DNA from: a phage
DNA: 64,000 bases
Direction: 5' to 3' (one strand)
Sequence record: PZ452591.1
Notes under the pieces: generated by a model
What the model was told of the DNA's origin: nothing
The model's database searches: none
The model's input: only the letters and a program-made list of their open reading frames with translations
Program-made: the position numbers and the translations under genes
Shown here: positions 12,734 to 23,100 of the stretch, one piece after another
How the letters are laid out: each line of letters begins with the position of its first letter
Position numbering within the stretch: the first letter of the stretch is position 1

Positions 12734-12756
12734 ATATCCTCGCAATTAAATTGAAA

Positions 12757-13617
12757 TTACACCGCCATCTTTCCTTTAATTGGCGGGTGAGATACATAGT
12801 TGTTAAGAACAAAATTATGCGGCTTTGCGAATTGACTCAACCAAAATACCTGCGATTCTGTGTCCCATTCATCAAATTCATCTGGAAATTTTAATTGCAA
12901 TTCGCATAAATCCATAGGTTCACGACGCAAAATTTCTTTACATTGTTCTACGTGATTCATATAGATATGAGTATTACCACCAGAAAATATCAAATCTCCA
13001 GGAATAAGATTACACATCTTAGCTACAATATGAACTAACGTAGCATATGATGCAATATTAAATGGAAGACCGAGGAAAACATCTACCGAACGTTGATACC
13101 ACTGCAAATCCAAATAGCCATTACGCACATTAAACTGATAGAACATATGACAAGGCGGTAATGCCATATATTTAAGTTCAGCTGGATTCCATGCAGAAAC
13201 AATTTGACGCCTATCATTTGGCAATTTTTTAATACGATCAACAACTTCTATAATTTGGTCTACACCGCCAAAATCGCGCCATTGTTTTCCATAAATTGGA
13301 CCAAGTTCACCGCTATGGTATCCTAAATCTTTTGCTTGATTTTCGTAATTTTCATCCCAGACTGTTTTGCCTTGAATTAATGAATCATGTTGAATTAATC
13401 GTAAATCATTGACATTTGTGCTTCCCGATAAAAACCATATTAGCTCAGCAATGCAAGCTTTCCAGGCGAGCTTCTTAGTTGTTACTGCAGGAAAACCTTT
13501 AGTTAAATCCCAGCGTAATTTAGTACCGAACAAAGCAATTGTTCCTGTGCCCGTTCGGTCATCGGTTTCATAGCCATTTTCAAAAATGTCTTTAATTAAA
13601 TCTTGGTATTGTTTCAT
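12757..13617 (-). CDS. td: thymidylate synthase, 286 aa, uninterrupted
   Basis: ATG at 13615-13617; continuous 286-aa ORF, no intron or I-TevI-like ORF. Confidence 0.93.
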   Translation of the reverse strand: MKQYQDLIKDIFENGYETDDRTGTGTIALFGTKLRWDLTKGFPAVTTKKLAWKACIAELIWFLSGSTNVNDLRLIQHDSLIQGKTVWDENYENQAKDLGYHSGELGPIYGKQWRDFGGVDQIIEVVDRIKKLPNDRRQIVSAWNPAELKYMALPPCHMFYQFNVRNGYLDLQWYQRSVDVFLGLPFNIASYATLVHIVAKMCNLIPGDLIFSGGNTHIYMNHVEQCKEILRREPMDLCELQLKFPDEFDEWDTESQVFWLSQFAKPHNFVLNNYVSHPPIKGKMAV

Positions 13618-13662
13618 TTAGTACCTTATATAAATTATAATACATTTTATGAAGCTAAATAA

Positions 13663-14010
13663 TCAATACGGTTTAGCATCAAATTTTCTCTCAATTTCAG
13701 GCGTGAAATATAATTCTTTACCGCGTTTGGAAAAGCGACCAATAATATGATAATTATTCTCATCAAACGTAATATTACCAATATCCATAGCTTTCAACCA
13801 AATATCGATATTTCTATCCAGCTTTATGTCAAAATTCCAATACGGAGAACTATTACCGAAAATACTGCAAGCGGATTCAGTGAAACAGCTACTATAAATC
13901 TTGTCTTTAGGAACTACTAATTGATAGACACCTTTAATAAACTGAGGACCCTGCCACTTTGGCTGTTTCGCGTCTTCTTCTAATAGAATAGGGTAATAAT
14001 TAAAATTCAT
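13663..14010 (-). CDS. hypothetical protein, about 115 aa, between frd and td
   Basis: in-frame ATG at 14008-14010; fills the space between frd stop (14031) and td start (13617). Confidence 0.5.
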   Translation of the reverse strand: MNFNYYPILLEEDAKQPKWQGPQFIKGVYQLVVPKDKIYSSCFTESACSIFGNSSPYWNFDIKLDRNIDIWLKAMDIGNITFDENNYHIIGRFSKRGKELYFTPEIERKFDAKPY

Positions 14011-14030
14011 ATTTTCCGTCACGCGTTATT

Positions 14031-14859
<829 letters not shown>

Positions 14860-14869
14860 ATTATTTTCC

Positions 14870-15112
14870 TTAAACAGACTTTTTCACAATTTTCCAATCA
14901 GCTTTAAACTGCTCGACGTCAGAATGGTAAATCCAAAATCCTGCGCTTTCTCCATCCTCATAAAGAGGGCATCCATCACATTCATCTTCCCACCCCATAT
15001 CGCGTAAAAGGTGTTCAGCTTTTTCAACAAGTTCAGAATCTTTACCGATGATATTATAATACCATTTACCTCTAACTTCCGAGTCTTTGATGCTCTGACG
15101 TTGTAATCTCAT
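14870..15112 (-). CDS. hypothetical protein, 80 aa
   Basis: ATG at 15110-15112 with GAGGAG Shine-Dalgarno. Confidence 0.55.
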   Translation of the reverse strand: MRLQRQSIKDSEVRGKWYYNIIGKDSELVEKAEHLLRDMGWEDECDGCPLYEDGESAGFWIYHSDVEQFKADWKIVKKSV

Positions 15113-15169
15113 TTTATTCTCCTCAAGTTGATAAGGCTATAGTATCATTACCATAGCCTGTTGTAACAT

Positions 15170-15397
15170 TTATTTTTGGATTAAGCCCATATAAAATTTA
15201 GCATCTTCAGGATACATGCCATCACAATACTCATTGGTCATAAAACTAATAAGGTCTTCAAGAGGACCTTGGACCTCAATTTGAATACTAAAGAATTGGG
15301 TATCTTTAATGTAAGCCATACTCAAAGAAGGATAACGATTGCGGATAACTTCGTAAGTGTATTCAAAATCAACAATATCAATATTAACCTTAGCCAT
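15170..15397 (-). CDS. hypothetical protein, about 75 aa, paralog A (frd.x family)
   Basis: ATG at 15395-15397 preceded by GAGGAAAATAA; about 50% identical to the 15880-16107 ORF. Confidence 0.55.
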   Translation of the reverse strand: MAKVNIDIVDFEYTYEVIRNRYPSLSMAYIKDTQFFSIQIEVQGPLEDLISFMTNEYCDGMYPEDAKFYMGLIQK

Positions 15398-15426
15398 TTT
15401 ATTTTCCTCATGTAGTTGATAGGGTA

Positions 15427-15456
15427 ATAGTATCACACTACTACCCTACTGTAAAC
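15427..15456 (-). promoter_or_regulatory. early promoter (-35 GTTTAC, 18-bp spacer, -10 TACTAT)
   Basis: minus strand GTTTAC at 15451-15456, TACTAT at 15427-15432; lies within an inverted repeat AGGGTA...TACCCT. Confidence 0.45.
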
Positions 15457-15836
15457 TACTTTTTGAAAGTTTTTCGCAAAAGTTCAATGATTTCATCTAC
15501 ATTGTTTTCATCTACAATGCAGTGAATTTTTATTACGCCAGAAACCGGGTCTTTGACTTCAACTTCTTCAGAAGTCGGTTCTTTATACTCACGAAAACAA
15601 TGAAATTCGTCTTCGCAAATTTCTAAAAGTCTATCTTTGAGGTAAAAATGCTTTCCATTTGCGCATTCAATGTGTTTTACTGCTTTATATCCATTAGCGA
15701 CGGAAACTTCTTTAACTTCAAACCATCCGCCATTATCTCGAATCGCTTTAACTATTGATGAATTAGAACGTGGGCTATAATTAATAAATGTATCAATAAG
15801 TCTTGGAACAAGTTCATACTTTTTGCCAATATACAT
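15456..15836 (-). CDS. hypothetical protein, 126 aa
   Basis: ORF track; ATG at 15834-15836. Confidence 0.55.
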   Translation of the reverse strand: MYIGKKYELVPRLIDTFINYSPRSNSSIVKAIRDNGGWFEVKEVSVANGYKAVKHIECANGKHFYLKDRLLEICEDEFHCFREYKEPTSEEVEVKDPVSGVIKIHCIVDENNVDEIIELLRKTFKK

Positions 15837-15879
15837 TACGTTTCCTCATTTTGATAGGGGCTTGATAGCCCCTTGATAA

Positions 15880-16107
15880 TTACTGTTCAATAAATCCTGT
15901 GTAAAATTCTACATCTTCAGCATCCATACCGTCGCAGTATTCATTAACCATAAACTGTTTAAGACGATTTAAAGGACCTTCAATAACAACTGAAACATTA
16001 CAATTAGGATCATTTAGTGCGCTTATGATACTAAGTTCAGGATAACGATTACGAATAATTTCTTCAATATATTCAAAATCAACAACATCAATATCAATTT
16101 TAGCCAT
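15880..16107 (-). CDS. hypothetical protein, about 75 aa, paralog B (frd.x family)
   Basis: ATG at 16105-16107 preceded by GAGGAAAATAAT; paralog of 15170-15397. Confidence 0.55.
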   Translation of the reverse strand: MAKIDIDVVDFEYIEEIIRNRYPELSIISALNDPNCNVSVVIEGPLNRLKQFMVNEYCDGMDAEDVEFYTGFIEQ

Positions 16108-16150
16108 ATTATTTTCCTCTTTAATCATCAGCAGTATTGCCGATAGTTGT

Positions 16151-16180
16151 ATAGTACCATAAAGCTTTATGCTTGTAAAC
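16151..16180 (-). promoter_or_regulatory. early promoter cassette (-35 GTTTAC, 18-bp spacer, extended -10 TGG-TACTAT)
   Basis: copy of the recurring motif GTGGTACTATACAACTATC with upstream A/T-rich tract. Confidence 0.5.
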
Positions 16181-16204
16181 AGTTTTGTGAAAAAATTTTT
16201 TGAA

Positions 16205-16230
16205 ATAAAAAAAGGGACCTCTAGGGTCCC
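16205..16230 (-). terminator. intrinsic terminator after gene 32
   Basis: hairpin GGGACC-CUAGA-GGUCCC followed by U-run on minus strand, 24 nt past the gene 32 stop. Confidence 0.6.
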
Positions 16231-16253
16231 CGATTAATTAGTAATATAATCTG

Positions 16254-17159
16254 TTAAAGGTCATTCAAAAGGTCATCCAGGTCCGTGTCATCAGCACTAG
16301 ATGAACTGCCAGAGCTTGAGCTCATAAAATCATCTTCAGTTTTTGTTTTGAAGTCATCAACATTGAATGCATCCAAATCATCAGCAACTTTATCAGCTTT
16401 CTTAGCAGCAGTTGCAGCGGCACCGCCCATCACAGCAGTTCCCATAACTTGACCGAATTTAGTATTCAGTTCTTCAAACGATTTGAATTTATCTTTAGAA
16501 GTCATTTCAGAAAGGTCAACCATTTGTTCGAACAGTTCTTTCTGGAAAGATTCATCATCAATGTTTGGAATCGCAGATTGATTCAGGAATTTAGATTCGT
16601 CGTAGTTACTAAATCCAGAAACCTGTTTAACTTTCAGTACAAAGTTAGCACCTTCCCACGGGCAAGTTACATCAACCGGAGTTTCACCCATTTCGACATC
16701 AACCGCAATCATTGCATTGATTTTATCCCAGATTTTCTTACCGAAACGGTATTTAAATACTTTACCTTCGTTTTCTGGAGCAGCTGGGTCTTTTACAACA
16801 AGAATATTAGCCCAGTAAGAAGTTTTACGTTTAACAAGACTGTACTCTTTATTGTCAGTGTTGTACAGATCATTTTTACTGATGTATTGACATACTGGGC
16901 AAGAATCGTAATCACCATGGGTAGATGAACATGTTTCAATATACCATTTACCATTTTTCTTGAAACCGTGATTTACAAGAATTGCGAATGGTGCTTGTTC
17001 ATCATTTTTAGACGGAAGAAAACGAATTACTGCTTGACCGTTACCCGCATTATCGAGTTTCAGTTTCCACTCGCCTTTATCTTCAGAAGAAAAACCTTTA
17101 TTGCCATTCAGTTTAGCCATTTGTGCAGCAAGTTCAGCAGTAGATTTACGTTTAAACAT
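16254..17159 (-). CDS. 32: single-stranded DNA-binding protein gp32, 301 aa
   Basis: ATG at 17157-17159; matches recalled T4 gp32 including acidic C-terminal tail. Confidence 0.95.
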
Positions 17160-17215
17160 TTTATTTCCTTTTTAATTTAATTAACAGTTGGTGCTATGAC
17201 ACTTTACCTCATAGC
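17160..17215 (-). promoter_or_regulatory. gene 32 translational operator (hairpin/pseudoknot stem plus AU-rich unstructured leader)
   Basis: minus strand GCUAUGAGGUAAAGUGUCAUAGC inverted repeat followed by UUAAUUAAAUUAAAAAGGAAAUAAA-AUG. Confidence 0.6.
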
Positions 17216-17841
17216 TGGCATAATTCGCAATACTCTGGGTCTTCGAGAGGTATCCAACCTGAGTTGAAATACTTTACCATCGATTTAGCAGTTGTATCAG
17301 TTATATTTATATTACCTTTAACTCTTCGCCATCCAGGAGTTTTACCGTACAGATTAGAGGATAATAATAACTCATAATTCTCGTAAGCAATATGAGATAA
17401 TTTCCAAGACTCTATATTAGCTCGTGATGTTTTCCAAGGTCTAAAATCGTCACGGTTCATATAATTAGCCAATCTCATATGCTCTCTAACTTCCGGGTCT
17501 TTGGCTGGATGAGTTTCACCACTCACACCAAATCCACCACCAGCATATACCAGATTAAAATAGTCTGGATTATCTCTGGCATTTACTTCAAGTTGGTATT
17601 TTCGTTCTGCTTCAATAACATCCAAGTCATCATCAATTTGAATTATTTTAACGCTCGGTTTTTGAAGCATTAGCGCATTCAAAAATCTTTTTTGTTTACA
17701 TGAGCTCCAGTATTCCTTTCCGGAAGAGTCATATATTATTCCGTTCTCAAATGAGCAATTTAATTTACTACCGATATAGTAGTATGGCGGAGTCTTATTT
17801 TTGACACGGTCTTCAAATGTAAACCAATATACTATATTCAT
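17209..17841 (-). CDS. GIY-YIG family putative homing endonuclease (seg-like), 210 aa
   Basis: ATG at 17839-17841; N-terminal IVYWFTF...YYYIGS and downstream ERKYQLEVNARDN resemble the GIY-YIG catalytic core. Confidence 0.65.
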   Translation of the reverse strand: MNIVYWFTFEDRVKNKTPPYYYIGSKLNCSFENGIIYDSSGKEYWSSCKQKRFLNALMLQKPSVKIIQIDDDLDVIEAERKYQLEVNARDNPDYFNLVYAGGGFGVSGETHPAKDPEVREHMRLANYMNRDDFRPWKTSRANIESWKLSHIAYENYELLLSSNLYGKTPGWRRVKGNINITDTTAKSMVKYFNSGWIPLEDPEYCELCQL

Positions 17842-17842
17842 A

Positions 17843-18496
17843 TCAATACTTGCAAGATTTCACAGTTTCAATGAAAACACTTTTAGCTTTCTGTGAATCA
17901 ATATTTAAAATTTTTCTATAAGCCTTTAACTTTATAGAATAATTATTCCAGACTAAATTATCAGTCTGTTCATCATGTTTATCAATTATATTTAAAAACG
18001 AATCAAGCAAGATAAACGTCTCAAACGAAATTATGTTCGATTGCAGAAGTTTAAAAATATAACTTGACTGAACCTTTGGATTATATTCAAAGATTTCTTT
18101 AAAAGCAGAAACTTCAACTTTCTTACTAAAATAATAAATGTTGCGAATATCTTCTTCAAACTTAAATTTAATTTGCTTTAAGCGTCCGATATATTCACGA
18201 TAAAACACAAGTGCATCAGCGTCAGAGATGTCACCAATCCAAGCATCTTGGTTAGCAACCAAATTACTTATAAAGATTAAAGCAAGTTCCTTTAATTTAT
18301 ATTTTTCTGATAACTTCTGGAAAAAATACTTATCCCTTCGCTTTTGATAAGCGGCATCAGACACCCGCATGCACCAATTATACTTAATTACATCATACTT
18401 TCCATTCATATGCTGTTTTATCATTAAGTATAATTTATAAACTGATTTACCATCAATGTATCTTTCACCACCAGCAGGCATGCGGAGTTTAATCAT
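17843..18496 (-). CDS. 59: helicase loader gp59, 217 aa
   Basis: ATG at 18494-18496; length and position match T4 gp59. Confidence 0.88.
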   Translation of the reverse strand: MIKLRMPAGGERYIDGKSVYKLYLMIKQHMNGKYDVIKYNWCMRVSDAAYQKRRDKYFFQKLSEKYKLKELALIFISNLVANQDAWIGDISDADALVFYREYIGRLKQIKFKFEEDIRNIYYFSKKVEVSAFKEIFEYNPKVQSSYIFKLLQSNIISFETFILLDSFLNIIDKHDEQTDNLVWNNYSIKLKAYRKILNIDSQKAKSVFIETVKSCKY

Positions 18497-18831
18497 AGCA
18501 GAAAATCTAGTGTATTAGTTTTTTCACAACGAACAACAGAAGGACGTAAAAGATTTTCGTCAATGGCTTCTGACTGAATTTTTTCAATTATACCCGAAGG
18601 AATAAATTTAGCAAATTGAGTTTCAGGAATAGAGTTTTCTTCCAAGAATGCTGTTGTAGCTTCAAGATAACTCATTCCAAACTCTTCTACCATTTTTTCA
18701 ATAATAAATCCGTTTTCTTGACGATCAAGAAGCTTTGCTATTTCATCCTTTTCTTTCTTGATTGAAAGTTCTTTTTCTGAAAGACCGGTCTCATCGACCG
18801 GACGAATATCATTTAGAGAAAACTGTGTCAT
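18493..18831 (-). CDS. 33: late transcription co-activator gp33, 112 aa
   Basis: start set at ATG 18829-18831 (MTQFSLNDIRPVD...); track ORF starts at an upstream TTG. Confidence 0.85.
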   Translation of the reverse strand: MTQFSLNDIRPVDETGLSEKELSIKKEKDEIAKLLDRQENGFIIEKMVEEFGMSYLEATTAFLEENSIPETQFAKFIPSGIIEKIQSEAIDENLLRPSVVRCEKTNTLDFLL

Positions 18832-19078
18832 AAAGTTCAACTACCTCTTCAGTTTCAGCTTCAAACACATCACGATTATCTTTATGATACAAAGCTAATA
18901 GACGATTAAACATCTTACCATCAACGCCAAGTTCATCTTTGGCACGAATTCGAATATCTTTAATCAGTTCATTATAACCGGAAATTTTCAGTTTATGGTC
19001 AGATGCTTCTTTAATAAATTTAGCCAAGTCTTCGCCATGGATAGCTTCATCAAATTCAACCATTTCTTTTTTAGCCAT
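18809..19078 (-). CDS. dsbA: double-stranded DNA-binding protein DsbA, 89 aa
   Basis: ATG at 19076-19078; size and position between 33 and rnh. Confidence 0.85.
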   Translation of the reverse strand: MAKKEMVEFDEAIHGEDLAKFIKEASDHKLKISGYNELIKDIRIRAKDELGVDGKMFNRLLALYHKDNRDVFEAETEEVVELYDTVFSK

Positions 19079-19086
19079 TATTCACC

Positions 19087-20004
19087 TCAAAATTCATTAA
19101 TGCTATTAGTTAATTTAGAAAGACCCGCTTTTACAAAATATGAATAAATTTTGCCACGCGGTGGTAATTTATATGAATTATAGTAATTCACAATGTTTGA
19201 AGCAATATTATCAGGAATATAATCAAAATCAATTAGAACTAAATTTTCTTTATAACGATTATACTCAGATTCTGAGAGAAGCACCTTAGCTTGCTCACGA
19301 TCATTAGCAATAGCTTCAACGATTGAAGTTTTCATTGAAGGAGTCCGTTCACCTTCAACTCTGGTAAACCAAAAGTCAGAACGTACTTTAACTGAAGCAA
19401 CGTTATCCTTTTTGTCACCCTTAAGAATTTTAGTCATACAATCAATTTCAGCAGAACCGCTTTTAATTTTAACCCATTTCTTGTGCATCGGTGACCATTG
19501 CTTAACATTTGGATATTTGTGAAGTTGAGTAAAGTCACCGTCCGATGAAATGATTAAAATCTTATGTCCTTCTAAAGAGAACTTTTTAACAAGAACAGCA
19601 ATGTGGTCATCTGCTTCATACTTATCAATATCCATAACAATGTATGGCATATAAGCTTTCAATTCATCTATAACTTTATGACTGGATTCAAAATAACCTT
19701 CCCAGTCCCAAGTAGATTCTTCTCGTGCTTTTCCACGGTTTTTCTTATAATAATAAGCGAAATCACGACGCCAGTATCCAGATTTCGCGTTATCAATACA
19801 TAGTACAATTTTAGTGTATCCAAGCGTTTTTGCTTTTTTGACATTAAACTTAATTGAGTTCAATATCAAATGACGAACCATTGATAAATTAATTTTTTCT
19901 TTATCTGGGAAGTTTACCAGAGCAGTTGAAAGAGCAATTTGACTAAAGTCAATAAAGCAAATTCCTTCTTTGTAATCTTCATCCAGCATCATTTCTAAAT
20001 CCAT
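19087..20004 (-). CDS. rnh: RNase H (5'-3' exonuclease, FEN-1 family), 305 aa
   Basis: start set at ATG 20002-20004 (MDLEMMLDEDYKEG...); track ORF starts at upstream TTG. Confidence 0.9.
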   Translation of the reverse strand: MDLEMMLDEDYKEGICFIDFSQIALSTALVNFPDKEKINLSMVRHLILNSIKFNVKKAKTLGYTKIVLCIDNAKSGYWRRDFAYYYKKNRGKAREESTWDWEGYFESSHKVIDELKAYMPYIVMDIDKYEADDHIAVLVKKFSLEGHKILIISSDGDFTQLHKYPNVKQWSPMHKKWVKIKSGSAEIDCMTKILKGDKKDNVASVKVRSDFWFTRVEGERTPSMKTSIVEAIANDREQAKVLLSESEYNRYKENLVLIDFDYIPDNIASNIVNYYNSYKLPPRGKIYSYFVKAGLSKLTNSINEF

Positions 20005-20066
20005 ATGAACCTCGTTCAATTAGTGAGATTTCTATTATATACTATCTAAATCTTAAAGTAAACAGG

Positions 20067-20074
20067 TATAAATA
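20067..20074 (+). promoter_or_regulatory. late promoter TATAAATA upstream of gene 34
   Basis: exact octamer about 35 nt upstream of the gene 34 ATG; GGGAG Shine-Dalgarno at 20103-20107. Confidence 0.6.
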
Positions 20075-20108
20075 CTTATTATTGAAAACACAATAGGAGC
20101 CCGGGAGA

Positions 20109-23100
20109 ATGGCCGAGATTAAAAGAAAGTTCAGAGCAGAAGATGGTCTGGACGCAGGTGGCGATAAAATAATCAACGTAGCTTTAGCTGATCGTACCGT
20201 AGGAACTGACGGTGTTAACGTTGATTACTTAATTCAAGAAAACACAGTTCAGCAATATGATCCAACTCGTGGATATTTAAAAGATTTTGTAATCATTTAT
20301 AATAATCGTTTTTGGGCAGCAGCGGATAATATTCCAAAACCTGCTGGAAATTTTAATAGAATTCGTTGGAAAGCATTACGTACTGATGCCGTATATACAA
20401 CCGTATCATCTGGACCATATCAATTAAAATCCGGAGAAGCAATTTCAGTAGATACATCAGTTGGCAATGACATTGAGTTTACTTTACCACCTTCTCCGCT
20501 TGATGGAGAAACCGTAATAATTCAAGATATCGGTGGAAAACCTGGCATAAATCAGGTTAAAATAAATTCTTCAAATCAGAGTATTGTCAATTTTAGAGGT
20601 GAACAGGTACGTTCAGTTTTAATGACTCATCCAAAGTCACAGATGGTATTCATTTTTAATAATCGTTTGTGGCAAATGTATATTGCTGATTATAGCAGAG
20701 AAGCTGCGATTGTTACTCCATCGACTGCATATCAAGCACAATCTAATGATTTTATCGTACGTAGATTTACTTCTGCCGCACCGATTAATGTTAAGCTTCC
20801 AAGATTTGCCAATCATGGAGATATCATTAATTTCGTTGATTTAGATAAATTAAATCCACTTTATCATACAATTGTTACGACATATGATGAAACAACGTCA
20901 GTGCAAGAAGTTGGAACTCATTCCATTGAAGGCCGTACATCGATTGACGGTTTCTTGATGTTTGATGATAATGAGAAATTGTGGAGATTGTTTGACGGGG
21001 ATAGTAAAGCACGTTTACGCATTATAACAACTAATTCTAATATTCGTCCAAATGAAGAAGTTATGGTATTTGGCGCGAATAATGGAACAACCCAAACAAT
21101 TGAACTTCAGCTTCCGACTGATATTTCTGTTGGTGATACTGTTAAAATTTCCATGAATTACATGAGAAAAGGACAAACAGTTAAAATCAAAGCTGCCGGT
21201 GAAGATAAAATTGCTTCTTCAGTTCAATTGCTACAATTCCCAAAACGTTCAGAATATCCGCCTGAAGCTGAATGGGTAACAGTTCAAGAATTAGTTTTTA
21301 ATGGTGAAACTAATTATGTACCAGTTTTGCAACTTGCTTATATAGAAGATTCTGATGGAAAATACTGGGTTGTACAGCAAAACGTTCCAACAGTTGAAAG
21401 AGTCGATTCTTTAAATAATTCTACTAGAGCAAGATTAGGCGTAATTGCTTTAGCTACACAAGCTCAAGCAAATGCTGATTTAGAAAATTCTCCGCAAAAA
21501 GAATTGGCAATTACTCCAGAAACGTTAGCTAATCGTACTGCTACTGAAACTCGCAGAGGTATTGCAAGAATAGCAACTACTGCTCAAGTAAATCAGAACA
21601 CCACATTCTCTTTTGCAGATGACCTTATCATCACTCCTAAAAAGCTGAATGAAAGAACTGCTACAGAAACTCGTAGAGGTGTCGCTGAAATTGCTACGCA
21701 GCAGGAAACTAATACAGGTACTGATGATACTACAATCATCACTCCTAAAAAGCTTCAAGCTCGTCAAGGTTCTGAATCATTATCTGGTATTGTAACTTTT
21801 GTATCTACCGCAGGAGCTACTCCAGCTTCTAGTCGTGAATTAAATGGTACGAATGTTTATAATAAAAACACTAATAATTTAGTTGTTTCACCTAAAGCTT
21901 TGGATCAGTATAAAGCTACTCCAACGCAACAAGGCGCAGTAATTTTAGCAGTTGAAAGTGAAGTAATTGCTGGACAAAGCCAAGAAGGATGGGCAAATGC
22001 GGTTGTAACGCCAGAAACGTTACATAAAAAGACATCAACTGATGCAAGAATTGGTTTAATTGAAATTGCTACACAAAGTGAAGTTAATACAGGAACTGAT
22101 TATACTCGTGCAGTCACTCCTAAAACTTTAAATGACCGTAGAGCAACTGAAAGTTTAAGTGGTATAGCTGAAATTGCTACACAGGTTGAATTCGACGCAG
22201 GCGTCGACGATACTCGTATCTCTACACCATTAAAAATTAAAACCAGATTTAATAGTACTGATCGTACTTCTGTTGTTGCTCTATCTGGATTAGTTGAATC
22301 AGGAACTCTCTGGGACCATTATACCCTTAATATTCTTGAAGCAAATGAGACACAGCGTGGTACACTTCGTGTAGCTACACAAGTTGAAGCTGCTGCAGGA
22401 ACATTAGATAATGTTTTAATAACTCCTAAAAAGCTTTTAGGTACTAAATCTACTGAAGCACAGGAAGGTGTCATTAAAGTTGCAACTCAGTCTGAAACTG
22501 TGGCTGGAACGTCAGCAAATACTGCTGTATCTCCAAAAAATTTAAAATGGATTGTGCAGAGTGAACCTACTTGGGCAGCTACTACTGCAATAAGAGGTTT
22601 TGTTAAAACTTCATCTGGTTCAATTACATTCGTTGGTAATGATACGGTAGGTTCAACACAGCCATTAGAATCATATGAGAAAAATGGTTATGCAGTATCA
22701 CCATATGAATTAAATCGCGTATTAGCAAATTATTTGCCATTAAAAGCAAAAGCTGTAGATAGTAATTTATTAGATGGTCTAGATTCGCTCCAGTTCATTC
22801 GTAGGGACATTGCACAAACAGTTAATGGTTCACTAACCTTAACCCAACAAACGAATCTGAGTGCCCCTCTTGTATCATCTAGTACTGCTACATTCGGTGG
22901 ATCAGTTTCAGCAAATAGTACATTAACTATTTCTAATACTGGAACGGCAACTCGTCTGATTTTTGAGAAAGGACCTCAAACTGGAACAAACCCAGCTCAA
23001 ACGATGACAGTCAGAGTGTGGGGAAATCAATTTAGTGGGGAATCAGACACAACACGTTCTACCGTATTTGAAGTTAGTGATGAAACGTCTAGTCATTTTT

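Noticed and set aside
12757-13617. Searched for group I introns or intron-encoded endonucleases in td and nrdB, and for a split gene 39/60 with a bypass element
   Set aside because: All three genes are continuous ORFs with no insertions; reported as a finding (absence) rather than a feature.
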